A stretch of 64,000 nucleotides of DNA from a virus (IMGVR_UViG_3300044698_000251:822-64821); one strand, 5' to 3'. Positions 34,287-43,901 are shown, numbered from the stretch's first letter. Numbers and translations: made by a program. Notes: a model not told the origin generated them from the letters alone.

Positions 34287-34664
34287 TCAGTCTCCATCTG
34301 CCGCCTCGCGCGCACGCTGTTCCTGCACCGCTCTCTCTGAGGCCGCCGTGTCACCTCCTACCGCCGGGGCGTGGATCACGTAGCCGCCGGCTACTTCCGT
34401 GGCGACCAGGCCGGTGTACTGGTAGGCGGCAGCGGCTTGGACTCGCTCTTCCGGGAGGCCGATTCCTGCGGCGACGGCGCGGACGAGCTCGGGGTCGATG
34501 ATGACGCGCTCGCCTTTCGCGACCTTCCATAGCACGCCGAGGCTGGGTTTGTGTCCGCTCACGGGGTCGATCGCTCGCTCTTCGAACTTGCGGTACGTCA
34601 TGGCGGTGCCGGGGCCAACCCGTGCGGCGACCAGATCGGTGAGGGTTTCGGGCTCGCGTGCCAT
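34287..34664 (-). CDS. Putative immunity repressor (divergent XRE-like HTH)
   Basis: GGAG RBS; TLTDLV...TYRKFEERAID...SLGVLWKVA; divergent from Cro-like gene, co-oriented with int. Confidence 0.65.
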   Translation of the reverse strand: MAREPETLTDLVAARVGPGTAMTYRKFEERAIDPVSGHKPSLGVLWKVAKGERVIIDPELVRAVAAGIGLPEERVQAAAAYQYTGLVATEVAGGYVIHAPAVGGDTAASERAVQEQRAREAADGD

Positions 34665-34741
34665 CGGTGCTCCGTGTCCTGGCGCGTCGGGTCAGGTGGT
34701 CGGCGTCACCTGGTGGAGGCCCACTCGCGCTCGCGCGTCAT

Positions 34742-34759
34742 TGTCCACGTTCCGGAACG
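34742..34759. promoter_or_regulatory. Putative operator (degenerate)
   Basis: TGTCCACG-TT-CCGGAACG. Confidence 0.45.
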
Positions 34760-34870
34760 GCGTCGGGGGCTGGCCTGCGATTCCTGTAGAAGATTGCGCG
34801 AAAACGGGGACACGAAAGGTTATGTACGCCGCGCACTGGACATCACGGCAACGCCGTGCTTAGCTGTACA

Positions 34871-34888
34871 TGTTCACGAACGTGGACA
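34871..34888. promoter_or_regulatory. Putative operator (near-perfect palindrome)
   Basis: TGTTCACG-AA-CGTGGACA just upstream of the cro RBS. Confidence 0.65.
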
Positions 34889-34904
34889 GCGGAGGTAGCC
34901 ACAC

Positions 34905-35198
34905 GTGCCGGACCCGGCTCAAGAACCCATCTACCGCCTCATCGACAGCGACCTCCTCGGACGCCTCATGAGGTACCCGAACAAGGGAGGCACGCGCCAC
35001 ACGGTGCGCAGCCTCGCCGACGCGACCGGCATCAGCAAAAGCAAGATCAGCAACATGCTCAACGGCCGGCAGACCAAGCTCCCCGAGAGCAAAGCAACCG
35101 CCACCGCAGTAGCAGTCGGCGTCAACCGCAAGGCCCTTTTCACACCCATCGTGTTCACGTTCACGAACTTGAACACTTCTGAAGAGAGGACGAAATGA
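34905..35198 (+). CDS. Cro-like XRE-family HTH protein
   Basis: GGAGG RBS; TVRSLADATGISKSKISNMLNG. Confidence 0.85.
   Translation: MPDPAQEPIYRLIDSDLLGRLMRYPNKGGTRHTVRSLADATGISKSKISNMLNGRQTKLPESKATATAVAVGVNRKALFTPIVFTFTNLNTSEERTK
35158..35175. promoter_or_regulatory. Putative operator at 3' end of cro
   Basis: CGTTCACG-AA-CTTGAACA. Confidence 0.5.
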
Positions 35199-35467
35199 AC
35201 GAGGAAGAGCGAAAGCTCCGGGCCCAGCTCGGCGCCGAAATCAGCTGGGCCAACACCGCAGACCGCACCGCCCGCACCGCCCCCGGCAGTCGCGCCGCCG
35301 AGGCCCGCTTCGAGAAGGAAGCACGCGAGCGCCACCCCGACGCCTCCGAGGAGCAGATCGCCCAGGTTGCGGAGCACCTCCGCAAGGCGCACTTCCGCCG
35401 CATGGGTCTCGCCTCGGCGACGAAGCGGCGCAGGGCCCGCGAACAGCAGGCCGACACGGCCGCCTGA
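35195..35467 (+). CDS. Conserved actinophage hypothetical protein
   Basis: RAQLGAEISWANT.DRTART, RKAHFRRMGL.SA. Confidence 0.75.
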   Translation: MNEEERKLRAQLGAEISWANTADRTARTAPGSRAAEARFEKEARERHPDASEEQIAQVAEHLRKAHFRRMGLASATKRRRAREQQADTAA

Positions 35468-35549
35468 CCAACGAAGCGGGCCCGCCCCGGACGCGCATCC
35501 GGAACAGGCCCTGGAACCCACTGCACCACAAACGAAAGAAGTGGATCCC

Positions 35550-36362
35550 TTGAACGACAGTCTTCCATCCCGGAACACCCTCGCGGTGTTCGACGTATCC
35601 GGAGCGGACATCCGCTTCGGCCTGACAGAGGACGGCGCCCCGTACGCCGTGGCCTCCGACTACGCGAAGGCCATGGGCTACGCCAGGACCCAGAGCGCCA
35701 CCGACCTCTTGGACGAGGGCGAGAAGGGTTACGCCCAGACCGTAACCCCCGGCGGCACCCAGCGCCTGGCCGTCATCTTCGAGGACGGCATGTGGGAGCT
35801 CATCTTCCGCAGCACCCTCCCTGGCGCGAAGGCCATCAAGTCTCAGGTGAAGGCCATCCTCCGGGAGATCCGTGAGACCGGCTCGTACTCGGTGGCACCA
35901 CCGGCGCCGGCGCTTCCGGACATGGCGACGCCGCAGGGCCGGATGGCTGTGGCCCGGATGCTGCTGGAGTCGACGGAACGCGAGCTCGAACTGACCACGC
36001 GAGTCGCGGACCTGGAGCCGAAGGCGCTGGCTCACGACACGCTGATGGCTGCGGCCAAGGGCGACGTGCTGGTGCGGCAGGCGGCGAAGGTGCTCGGCTG
36101 GAAGGAGCGGGACCTTCGCGGGTTCCTCCTCGACGAGAAGCTGATCTATCGGCGGCAGCAGACGTGCGGGGGCTGGGAGTACGACTTCTACGCCGCGCAC
36201 GCCGAGCAGTTCAACGCGGTGAAGACCGTGGTGGAGCACACGTGGGGTTCGTGTGCGCACTACACGCTGCACCTGACTCCGCGCGGTCTGGCGTTCGTGC
36301 AGATGCGGATCGGCAAGCGTCAGTCGGAGATGCACGCCGCGATCCAGGGCGGTGCCCGATGA
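35550..36362 (+). CDS. Antirepressor (Bro-N + ANT/KilAC)
   Basis: F.VSGADIRF..DG.PY.VASD.AKAMGY, VIFEDGMWELIFRS..P.AK; LEPKAL.HD, VRQAAK.L; start TTG 35550 or GTG 35541. Confidence 0.88.
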   Translation: MNDSLPSRNTLAVFDVSGADIRFGLTEDGAPYAVASDYAKAMGYARTQSATDLLDEGEKGYAQTVTPGGTQRLAVIFEDGMWELIFRSTLPGAKAIKSQVKAILREIRETGSYSVAPPAPALPDMATPQGRMAVARMLLESTERELELTTRVADLEPKALAHDTLMAAAKGDVLVRQAAKVLGWKERDLRGFLLDEKLIYRRQQTCGGWEYDFYAAHAEQFNAVKTVVEHTWGSCAHYTLHLTPRGLAFVQMRIGKRQSEMHAAIQGGAR

Positions 36363-36682
36363 CCGCTTCCCCGATCGAGTTGCCGGGCCGCTCCGTCCCG
36401 GTGCTGTCGCTGCCTGAGGCTCCGCTGCCGGACGTGAAGCCGGCGGATGCGCTGTATCAGCCGCTGCCGTCTGACGCGTACGCGCCGCCGCTGAACATCG
36501 CGGTGCGCCTTGCGCGGCAGGACTTGGCGGTGCAGCAGAACGCCAACATCCACGACCACACGGCCATGATCGCGGCTGCCACGGTGCTGGAGATCCGCCT
36601 GAGGCAGGTGCTGGACGCACTGGATGCGGACTCCGCGAGGACCGTTCGCCCGCTGGCCGCACGCCAGGGCGGTGCGGCATGA
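36359..36682 (+). CDS. Hypothetical protein
   Basis: ATGA coupling at both ends. Confidence 0.65.
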   Translation: MTASPIELPGRSVPVLSLPEAPLPDVKPADALYQPLPSDAYAPPLNIAVRLARQDLAVQQNANIHDHTAMIAAATVLEIRLRQVLDALDADSARTVRPLAARQGGAA

Positions 36683-37350
36683 GCGCCCCGCTGTCGATGA
36701 ACACGAAGGACGGTACGTGCTGGACGCGTCGTGCGGCGACGCGTGGCGGGCTGGCCTTGTACGCGCCGGAGGGCGTGTGCTCCTGCCCGGAGTTTGTGAT
36801 GGCGACCGAGGCCGAGTTGGCCGAGCTGGGGATTGCCGGGTCGGCGGATGTCCTGCCGATGCCGGTGGGCCCGAAGCCGTCGCCCGCAGCTGGTTCCTAC
36901 TCGCCTGCTCTGCCGTGGGCCGCGCTCATGGACGGCGAGGACCTGGCGGACTTCCTAGACGAGCTGGCCGACTCCGCCACCGTGAACGCCAGTAGCGAGG
37001 TGCGGCTGGCGGAGGTTGAGCGGACGTGTGCGACGTGGCGGCTGATTGCTGAGGCGCAGCACGGGCACAACACGGCGCCGGGCCCGGACGCGGTGACGCA
37101 GGTGTTCGCGCCGGTGGCGTCGCTGCGCGAGGACGCGCCGTTGAAGGGCCGGGCCCGGCTTGATGCTTCTGCGGCGGTCGCTGCTGAGGCGACTCACTGG
37201 AAGCGGCTCGGCATTGAGGACCCGCACGATTCGCCGCTGCACCAGTCGCACCGGGTTCCGCATGACCTGCCGGTTCCGGATGGCTGCCGTCTGGGTGCGG
37301 ACGACCTTGACGAGATCAGCCGCGACGTGTGGTTCGGCGGTGGCGCGTGA
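36679..37350 (+). CDS. Hypothetical protein
   Basis: ATGA coupling; MNTKDGTCW.RRA. Confidence 0.65.
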   Translation: MSAPLSMNTKDGTCWTRRAATRGGLALYAPEGVCSCPEFVMATEAELAELGIAGSADVLPMPVGPKPSPAAGSYSPALPWAALMDGEDLADFLDELADSATVNASSEVRLAEVERTCATWRLIAEAQHGHNTAPGPDAVTQVFAPVASLREDAPLKGRARLDASAAVAAEATHWKRLGIEDPHDSPLHQSHRVPHDLPVPDGCRLGADDLDEISRDVWFGGGA

Positions 37351-37904
37351 TGACGACCACCGACTCTACGAAGCACCTCCTCGGCTACGGCCGCCGTGAC
37401 ACGGCGACGGGCATGCTGCACGGTCACATCCGCTGGCCTGAGGGGACCGCGCCCACCCCGTTCGGCTGCCGCTGGTGCGGCACCGAGGAGGGCGGGCACG
37501 GCCGTCGGTGGATTCCCGGGAAGGGCCTGCACGCCTGGGAGCAGCCGACCGAGCGGCAGATCAAGGCCCGCATGCTGGCCCGTCGCAACGCCCGTAAGGA
37601 CGCGTGCCGGTGCCCGCTGGACGACGAGTGGCGCCCGTTCGCCCCGGTCTTCGACCCGTACATGTGTGAGGCGTCCGACTGTCACGGCTACCGCTCGGAG
37701 GAAGACCCGTTCGGCGGGGGCTCGTACTCGCGGTCGGTGCACACGCCGAGCGCCGAAGTCTTCCGCGTGTGCACGTGCGGCTGGCGGACGACCGTGTGGC
37801 ACGTGGACGACGGGTCGGCGGAGGAAGAGCTCCACGGCCACGTGACCCGCGAGCACGGCGGCGTCTATCCGGGCCTCGCTGTTGAGGCGGGTGCGTCCCG
37901 ATGA
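37350..37904 (+). CDS. Cys/His-rich hypothetical protein
   Basis: PFGCRWCG, H.WEQPT..QIKARMLARR, VCTCGW. Confidence 0.65.
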   Translation: MTTTDSTKHLLGYGRRDTATGMLHGHIRWPEGTAPTPFGCRWCGTEEGGHGRRWIPGKGLHAWEQPTERQIKARMLARRNARKDACRCPLDDEWRPFAPVFDPYMCEASDCHGYRSEEDPFGGGSYSRSVHTPSAEVFRVCTCGWRTTVWHVDDGSAEEELHGHVTREHGGVYPGLAVEAGASR

Positions 37905-38203
37905 CCGTCCTCGTCTTCTTCTTCGCCGACCTGTCCGCACCCGCCGCCGTCCTCCTGGCGGTTGGTGCGACGGCGACCGTGTCCATTCCGGCGCTGCTCC
38001 TCGCGGACGCGCACCGCTCGGATTTCCCCCGCTTGTGGCAGGCGGCCGTGGATGCGCGCCACACCTTCGACCGGGCGCTCATGTCCGGTCTGCGGTGGGC
38101 GGATGCCGTGGTCGTGGATGTCCGGCTTGCTCTGCGTGATGCCGCCTTGTCGGGCGCCGCGCTCCTCGCTCTTCTCTTCCCTGCCGCTGGAGGCACCCGA
38201 TGA
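37901..38203 (+). CDS. Putative membrane protein
   Basis: Hydrophobic termini; ATGA coupling. Confidence 0.55.
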   Translation: MTVLVFFFADLSAPAAVLLAVGATATVSIPALLLADAHRSDFPRLWQAAVDARHTFDRALMSGLRWADAVVVDVRLALRDAALSGAALLALLFPAAGGTR

Positions 38204-38631
38204 TCCACTCGAACAAGCCGGACCTGTCCTACGAGATCGGCGCCAACCACCTCCACGGCGTACTCCGCGCCGACCAGATCCGGACGGACACCCTCGTCCA
38301 GCTGGTCCACCACTGGCGTGAGCCGAAGGACCGGGACGCGATCCTCGCCGCTCTCGATGAGCTGGCCGACGTCGTCCACTCCGTCCGCCGGGAAGGCGAG
38401 CTGGACGCGGCGCTGGAGAACATCGAGGACGTTGCCGGGATGGAGACGGCGCACATCGAGGTCGGCTCGCACGATGTCCGCCGTCTCCTCGCGGAGCTGA
38501 CGGAGGTGGCGCGGGTTGTCGGCCGGTTCTCGAAGAGTGCGTCGGACATCAAGTACCCGGCGATGCGCGCGACCCGCAAGCACTTCGCCGAGCACCCGCT
38601 GCCCGGCCAGCGTCAGGCAGGTGCGGCATGA
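38200..38631 (+). CDS. Hypothetical protein
   Basis: GGAGG RBS and ATGA coupling. Confidence 0.65.
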   Translation: MIHSNKPDLSYEIGANHLHGVLRADQIRTDTLVQLVHHWREPKDRDAILAALDELADVVHSVRREGELDAALENIEDVAGMETAHIEVGSHDVRRLLAELTEVARVVGRFSKSASDIKYPAMRATRKHFAEHPLPGQRQAGAA

Positions 38632-39170
38632 CCGACGCCCGCGCCCGTATCCACGCGATGTTCCCCCTCGACAGGGCTTCCGAGCGGGAACTCGACATCC
38701 GGCTCGACGCCTACCGCGCTGAGGTGCTTGTCACTGACGGGCAGGCGTACGACGGGGAACTGGCCATGCTGCGCGGCTTGGTCCGTACCCTCCGCGTCGT
38801 CGTGCGCCCCGACGACCCGGATGTGGCTGAGGTGCAACGCCTCCTGATCGAGCACGCCCGCGACGAGACGGCCGCCCGCGCCGAGGAGAAGGCCACCGCT
38901 TCGGCGGCGACGGCCACTCCCGACTTCTTCCAGGCGGGCCACACCTACCGCCGCGACGAGGACGGCACTCTCACCCACCCCTTCGTATGGGTCTTCGAAG
39001 TCCGCTCCATCGAGACCCACCCCGACGGCACCCGGTACGCCTTCGGATTCCTCACCAGCAAGGGCGGCGGGAACTCGCTGGTGCCGCACTCCGAGTGGGA
39101 GAAGTCATGGCCTGACGGCTGGGCTTCGTCCGGCTGGACCGACATCACCGAGGGCGGCACCCATGACTGA
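38628..39170 (+). CDS. Hypothetical protein
   Basis: LDAYRAEVL; PDFFQAGHTY. Confidence 0.65.
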   Translation: MTDARARIHAMFPLDRASERELDIRLDAYRAEVLVTDGQAYDGELAMLRGLVRTLRVVVRPDDPDVAEVQRLLIEHARDETAARAEEKATASAATATPDFFQAGHTYRRDEDGTLTHPFVWVFEVRSIETHPDGTRYAFGFLTSKGGGNSLVPHSEWEKSWPDGWASSGWTDITEGGTHD

Positions 39171-39399
39171 CGTCGAGCGCACCCGCCGCCGTGAACTCCT
39201 CGCCGAGATCCGACGCATCGGCGGCCACATCACCACCGGTGAGGCGCACCGCTTCTACCGCGCCACCGGCTACGGCCCGTGCCGCACCACCGCCCGCCGA
39301 GACCTCGCCTACTGGGCCCGGCGCGGACTCCTCACCCAGCGCGGCCCGGACGAGAAGCGCGCCTTCACCATCAACTACGCGAAGGACAACGCCCGATGA
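39163..39399 (+). CDS. Small winged-HTH protein
   Basis: ITTGEAHR...RTTARRDL..WARRGLL. Confidence 0.6.
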   Translation: MTDVERTRRRELLAEIRRIGGHITTGEAHRFYRATGYGPCRTTARRDLAYWARRGLLTQRGPDEKRAFTINYAKDNAR

Positions 39400-40283
39400 C
39401 CGAGGCCACCAACCCCACCAGCAGGCTCACCGACCAGCAGCTGAAGGTGCTGTTCTCCGAGCTGCACAACTCCCGCGTAGGGCAGAACCAGAAGGGTTTC
39501 TCCCACGTCCAGCAGTGGGACGTACGCCGCTTCCTGATCCGCGTGTTCGGGTTCGGCGGCTACGACACCGAGCTGCTCTCGATCGACTGCGTCAAGGAAA
39601 TCGAGATCAAGAACGGCGACCGCTCGCGGTGGACAGTGGTCTACCGCGTCCACCAGCGGCTCACCGTGAAGGACATCGCGGGCCGGCCGATCGCCACCTT
39701 CGACGGTGTCGCCACCGGCGACTCGCAGAATCAGCCCTCCCTCGGCGACGCCCACGACGGTGCCGTGAAGGAGGCCGACTCGCAGTCGCTGAAGCGCGCG
39801 GCCGTGAACCTCGGTGATGCCTTCGGGCTCAGCCTCTACAACGGCGGCAAGACCAGCCCGGTCGTCCTGTGGTCGGTCGCGCACCCACACCTCACCATCA
39901 GGGGCCCGGTCGCCGGGCAGGACGAGGCCAAGCCGGAGGACCCGCCCGTCGAGGGCGAGCCAGACGCCAAGCCGGATACCCCCGCGCCGGACCCGACGCC
40001 CCCGGCTGCCGCGTCCGCCCCGCCGCAGGAGCAGAAGCCGCCCGCGCCGGCCGCCGTGCCGGACCCGCCGCAGCAGCAGCGCCCCGGCGCCATGCCCGCC
40101 GCCGTCACCGACGCCGAGCGACAGTCCGCCCTCGAATCCATGTGGGCCGCCGCGCGCGACGCGCAGTTCGAGGCTGGTCTGCCCGCGCAGTTCGTCGGCT
40201 CCTTCGGCCACCCCATCGAGGAGGGGACCGCCTCCGAGTTCCGCCAGGCCGCCTCGCTCATGCGCGGCTCGGCCGCCGCCTGA
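39396..40283 (+). CDS. Rad52/Rad22 (Sak-like) single-strand annealing protein
   Basis: FSHVQQWDVRRFL.RVFGFGGY, AHDGAVKEADSQSLKRAAVNLGD.FGLSLY. Confidence 0.88.
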   Translation: MTEATNPTSRLTDQQLKVLFSELHNSRVGQNQKGFSHVQQWDVRRFLIRVFGFGGYDTELLSIDCVKEIEIKNGDRSRWTVVYRVHQRLTVKDIAGRPIATFDGVATGDSQNQPSLGDAHDGAVKEADSQSLKRAAVNLGDAFGLSLYNGGKTSPVVLWSVAHPHLTIRGPVAGQDEAKPEDPPVEGEPDAKPDTPAPDPTPPAAASAPPQEQKPPAPAAVPDPPQQQRPGAMPAAVTDAERQSALESMWAAARDAQFEAGLPAQFVGSFGHPIEEGTASEFRQAASLMRGSAAA

Positions 40284-40297
40284 CCGCCGCACGACTT

Positions 40298-40323
40298 GGG
40301 CCGCCCCGCAGTCGGGGCGGCCC
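40298..40323 (+). repeat. ACGA-preceded GC hairpin before RBS
   Basis: GGGCCGCCCCG-CAGT-CGGGGCGGCCC. Confidence 0.75.
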
Positions 40324-40340
40324 GCCCCAAGGAGTAGCAC

Positions 40341-40868
40341 ATGAGCCTCAAGGACGCCGCGGAACGAGCCGCGGTCCTCGACACCCTGCACAAGGCCATC
40401 GGCGAGGAGCTGAAGGCCGCCAAGCGGGATCTGGAAGCCGGGCTGCGCGCCGCGAAGGCGGAGACCGGCACCCAGAAGGTCGCCATCAGTCTCGACGGCC
40501 GGCAGGACATCGGCACCGCCAGCCTTGTCCAGCCCGCCGCCGTCGCGACCGTCACTGAGCCGGAGAAGTTCAAGGCGTGGGTGCTGGAGCACTTCGCCGG
40601 CGAGATCAAGCGGGAGTTCGTCACGTCGGTGCAGCCCGCGTTCCAGAAGAAGCTTCTCGATCAGGTTGGTGCGGCCGGGGTGGCGCAGTGGGCTGATCCG
40701 GAGACCGGCGAGATCCACGCTGTGCCTGGTGTTGAGATGCAGGGCCGGGCGGCGTATACGCGGATGACGGTGCCGGATGCCGGGAAGCAGGCGATCGCGG
40801 CAGCGTGGCAGTCGGGCGCTCTCTCGCACGTGGTGCTCCCGCAGCTCGGCGGGGGTGGTGCCGAATGA
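40341..40868 (+). CDS. Hypothetical protein of recombination module
   Basis: AAGGAG RBS; DPETGEI..VPGV. Confidence 0.7.
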   Translation: MSLKDAAERAAVLDTLHKAIGEELKAAKRDLEAGLRAAKAETGTQKVAISLDGRQDIGTASLVQPAAVATVTEPEKFKAWVLEHFAGEIKREFVTSVQPAFQKKLLDQVGAAGVAQWADPETGEIHAVPGVEMQGRAAYTRMTVPDAGKQAIAAAWQSGALSHVVLPQLGGGGAE

Positions 40869-41347
40869 CCCCGCGCATCGTCCCCGCTGGCGAGCGATAC
40901 GGCCGCCTCGTCGTCACCGTCCAGCGCAACCCCTGCGAGCCCCGCGTGCAGTGCCGCTGCGACTGCGGCAAGGAGCACTCCCTCCTGCTCGGGCAGTGGG
41001 GCAAGTCGAAGTCTTGCGGATGTCTGAGGTCCGAGATCCTCCTCGCCCGCCACACCCGGCACGGCATGGCCGGCACCCGCATCTACGACATCTGGACGCA
41101 GATGGTCCAGCGCTGCCACAACTCCCGGAACGCGCGCTACGCCGACTACGGCGGCCGCGGCATCCGGGTGTGCGATCAGTGGCGGGACTTCGCGAACTTC
41201 TACGCCGATATGGGCGAGCGCCCGGCGGGACGCTCGCTGGACCGCATCAACAACGATCTCGGCTACTCGCCGGACAACTGCCGCTGGGCCACCACCACTG
41301 AACAGCGGCACAACCGCCGCGACACCGCAAAGGCGGCGACCAAGTGA
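40865..41347 (+). CDS. HNH homing-endonuclease-like protein
   Basis: GERYGRL, CRCDCG, YGGRGIRVC.QW, SLDRINNDLGYSPDNCRWAT. Confidence 0.85.
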   Translation: MTPRIVPAGERYGRLVVTVQRNPCEPRVQCRCDCGKEHSLLLGQWGKSKSCGCLRSEILLARHTRHGMAGTRIYDIWTQMVQRCHNSRNARYADYGGRGIRVCDQWRDFANFYADMGERPAGRSLDRINNDLGYSPDNCRWATTTEQRHNRRDTAKAATK

Positions 41348-42066
41348 AGTACCTGGACTCCCGGCGCCTTGCGTGGGACTTCGAGACCACCTCGACGGAC
41401 CCGACCGAGGCGCGCATTGTCACCGCCGCCCTCGTCGGCCGCGGCGGCGCATCCCCGGAAAACGTGCAGACGTGGACCATCAACCCCGGCGTACCGATCC
41501 CGCCGGAGACCACAGCTATCCATGGCATTGACGACGCGAAGGCGCAGGCTGAGGGCGTCGAGCCGAAGGCCGCGCTGGAAGAACTCGCCGAGACGATGGC
41601 CCGTGCCATCCGGTACGGCATGCCGCTTGTCGCGTTCAACACCGCCTACGACTGGAGCGTCCTGCACTACGAGCTGGTGCGGCACGGGCTGCCGACGATG
41701 CTGGACCGGCTCGGCTGCCAGCCGTACTCGCTGATCGACCCGCTGGTTTTGGACAAGCAGGCCGACAAGTACCGCAAGGGCTCTCGCAAGTTGCAGGCGG
41801 TCGCCGCGCACTACGGCGTGCACTTGGAGAACTGGCACGAGGCGAAGGCCGACGCGATCGCCGCGCTCGGTATCGCTGATGCGCTGTTCGAGCAGCACCC
41901 GCGGCTCGCCGCGTACGACGCGCAGCGGCTGTTCCTGGCTCAGCAGACGTGGCGTGAGGAGCAGCAGGCGGGGTTGCAGGCGCACTTCCGGAAGAGGGAC
42001 CCGGAGGCGTACTGCGCGCCGGAGTGGCCGCTGGTCCCGGCGAAGCGCGCGGGCGGTGCGTCATGA
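41344..42066 (+). CDS. DnaQ-like DEDDh 3'-5' exonuclease
   Basis: WDFETT, IHGI, VAFNTAYD, HEAKADA. Confidence 0.9.
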   Translation: MKYLDSRRLAWDFETTSTDPTEARIVTAALVGRGGASPENVQTWTINPGVPIPPETTAIHGIDDAKAQAEGVEPKAALEELAETMARAIRYGMPLVAFNTAYDWSVLHYELVRHGLPTMLDRLGCQPYSLIDPLVLDKQADKYRKGSRKLQAVAAHYGVHLENWHEAKADAIAALGIADALFEQHPRLAAYDAQRLFLAQQTWREEQQAGLQAHFRKRDPEAYCAPEWPLVPAKRAGGAS

Positions 42067-42368
42067 GGCCTTCCCGCCGACGTCTCACCGAGCAGGGCAC
42101 CGACCTTGCCGCCCGCAACGAACGCCTCCGCACCGAACGTGACGACGCACGCAGGAACGCGCACGCCTGCGCCAGCCAACTGGAGCGCGTCGCAGCCGAA
42201 CTGTCCACGGCGAAGGACGTGATCGCGTCGCACATCGTGGCGGCCGGCCATCCCTCGACGGTGTTGCAGTCCCCGCAGGAGTTCGCGGGGTCGCTGTGCC
42301 AGTCGCTGGCTGACGCGGGTGTGGACCTGCGGATCGAGCTGGCCCGGCTGGAAGGGGTCGAGCTGTGA
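42063..42368 (+). CDS. Hypothetical protein
   Basis: ATGA coupling; coiled coil. Confidence 0.6.
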   Translation: MRPSRRRLTEQGTDLAARNERLRTERDDARRNAHACASQLERVAAELSTAKDVIASHIVAAGHPSTVLQSPQEFAGSLCQSLADAGVDLRIELARLEGVEL

Positions 42369-42577
42369 ACGACAGCGTCCGTGCCGGGATCGCCGTCCTC
42401 ACCGCGGTGTCCGTCGGCATCGTCCTGACCGCCCGCTGGTGGAACACCCCGGTCCGCGAGACCGGCCCGTACGCCGACGGTCACCCCACCGTCGAAACGC
42501 CCCTCGTCGACCTGATGGGCGAGTGGGAGCCCGTGTACGGGATCGCGCTGGAGCAGGCGCGGAGGGCTGCGCCATGA
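42365..42577 (+). CDS. Small membrane-anchored protein
   Basis: N-terminal TM; GTGA coupling. Confidence 0.55.
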   Translation: MNDSVRAGIAVLTAVSVGIVLTARWWNTPVRETGPYADGHPTVETPLVDLMGEWEPVYGIALEQARRAAP

Positions 42578-42942
42578 GCACCCTGACTGCGTTCCTCACC
42601 GTCGCCGCGGTGCTCGCCGTGTCGCTGCCTGCCGCGTACTGGCAGATCCGGCGGGCTCAGCGGGCCGAGTCGGAGCGGGACCGGTTCATCCGCGAGGCAT
42701 GCACTCCGGGCCTGGACGTGTGGGACGACAACCTCCGCCGGTGGATCACCCTGCCGCCCGGCGTGAAGCCGAGCTTGGGCCAGTACACGGACCGCGAGGT
42801 CACCTCGCTCGACCGGCTCGAACTCGCCTGGGATGCGCCCGCGTACGGCGAGACCGCCGTCGACCCGGCATGGGCCGCCGGCCTGGAACGCCTGCGGGAC
42901 GCCGTCCGCGACCACCACACCAACACACCCGAGGGGGACTGA
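42574..42942 (+). CDS. Membrane-anchored hypothetical protein
   Basis: N-terminal TM; ATGA coupling. Confidence 0.55.
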   Translation: MSTLTAFLTVAAVLAVSLPAAYWQIRRAQRAESERDRFIREACTPGLDVWDDNLRRWITLPPGVKPSLGQYTDREVTSLDRLELAWDAPAYGETAVDPAWAAGLERLRDAVRDHHTNTPEGD

Positions 42943-42945
42943 CTC

Positions 42946-43353
42946 ATGGGCTACACCACCTGCGTCGACGGCGAGTTCGCCATCGAACCGCCGCTCACCT
43001 GGAACGAAATCAAGGCCAGCCCGTTCGAGCCCGTCGGCCGCGGCAAGTACGGCGCCGTCGGCATCGACCTCGATCTACGCGTCGAGGAAGCCTCCGTTGA
43101 CACCGACGAGGGCACCCTCGTCCGCCGCACCGGAACCGCCCTGGCGATGCGGGAGATCGACGAGTACCGCGCCCGCAACCTCGTCGAGCAGGTACAGAGC
43201 TGTATCGACCTCTTCCCCGGACACGCGTTCACCGGCCGCCTCGACTGTGAGGGCGAGGAGAACACGGACATGTGGCGGGTCGTCGTCCGCGACGGCCGCG
43301 CTGTGAAGGTCACCCCGCGCATCGTCTGGCCTGACGAGGACGGTGCAGCGTGA
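42946..43353 (+). CDS. Conserved phage hypothetical protein
   Basis: MGYTT..DGEFAIEPPL; FTGRLDCEGEE..D.WRVVV.DG. Confidence 0.7.
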   Translation: MGYTTCVDGEFAIEPPLTWNEIKASPFEPVGRGKYGAVGIDLDLRVEEASVDTDEGTLVRRTGTALAMREIDEYRARNLVEQVQSCIDLFPGHAFTGRLDCEGEENTDMWRVVVRDGRAVKVTPRIVWPDEDGAA

Positions 43354-43901
43354 CCGCCTCCCTGCTCGGCTGCGACATCCCGGCCACCATCATCTGCGCC
43401 GACGTCGCAACAGGCCCAGCCCAACCCGCCATCACCATCACCGTCCACGGACTCCCTGCACCCCAGGGCTCGAAGCGTCACCTCGGCAACGGCGTCATGG
43501 TCGAGTCGTCGAAGAAGGTCAAGCCGTGGCGGACCGACGTCAAGCACGCCGCCCTCGCCATCGTCGAAGCCCTGCCCGACTGGACGGTCCTCGACGGGCC
43601 GCTCGCCGTCGCCATGACGTTCACCTTCGACCGACCCAAGGGGCACTACCGGACCGGCCGCAACGCCCACCTGCTGCGCGATGCGGCGCCCACCCGGCCG
43701 GCCGGGACGCCGGATCTTTCCAAGCTTGTCCGGTCTACGGAGGACGCGTTGACCGGCGTCATCTGGAAGGACGACGCCCGGGTCGTTGAATACGTGCGGC
43801 TCGGGAAGTGGTACGCGGGGACCGACGCCGACGACGTGCTGACGGTGCCGGGTTGTGTCGTCCACGTCTGGCCGCTCAACGAGGCGGTGAACGTGCGATG
43901 A
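43350..43901 (+). CDS. rusA: RusA-like Holliday junction resolvase
   Basis: PAPQGSKR, PDLSKLVRSTEDALTG..W.DDA.VV. Confidence 0.9.
   Translation: MTASLLGCDIPATIICADVATGPAQPAITITVHGLPAPQGSKRHLGNGVMVESSKKVKPWRTDVKHAALAIVEALPDWTVLDGPLAVAMTFTFDRPKGHYRTGRNAHLLRDAAPTRPAGTPDLSKLVRSTEDALTGVIWKDDARVVEYVRLGKWYAGTDADDVLTVPGCVVHVWPLNEAVNVR

Noticed and set aside
34707-34742. 11-codon minus-strand ORF upstream of the repressor
   Set aside because: No RBS; overlaps a putative operator; no evidence of translation
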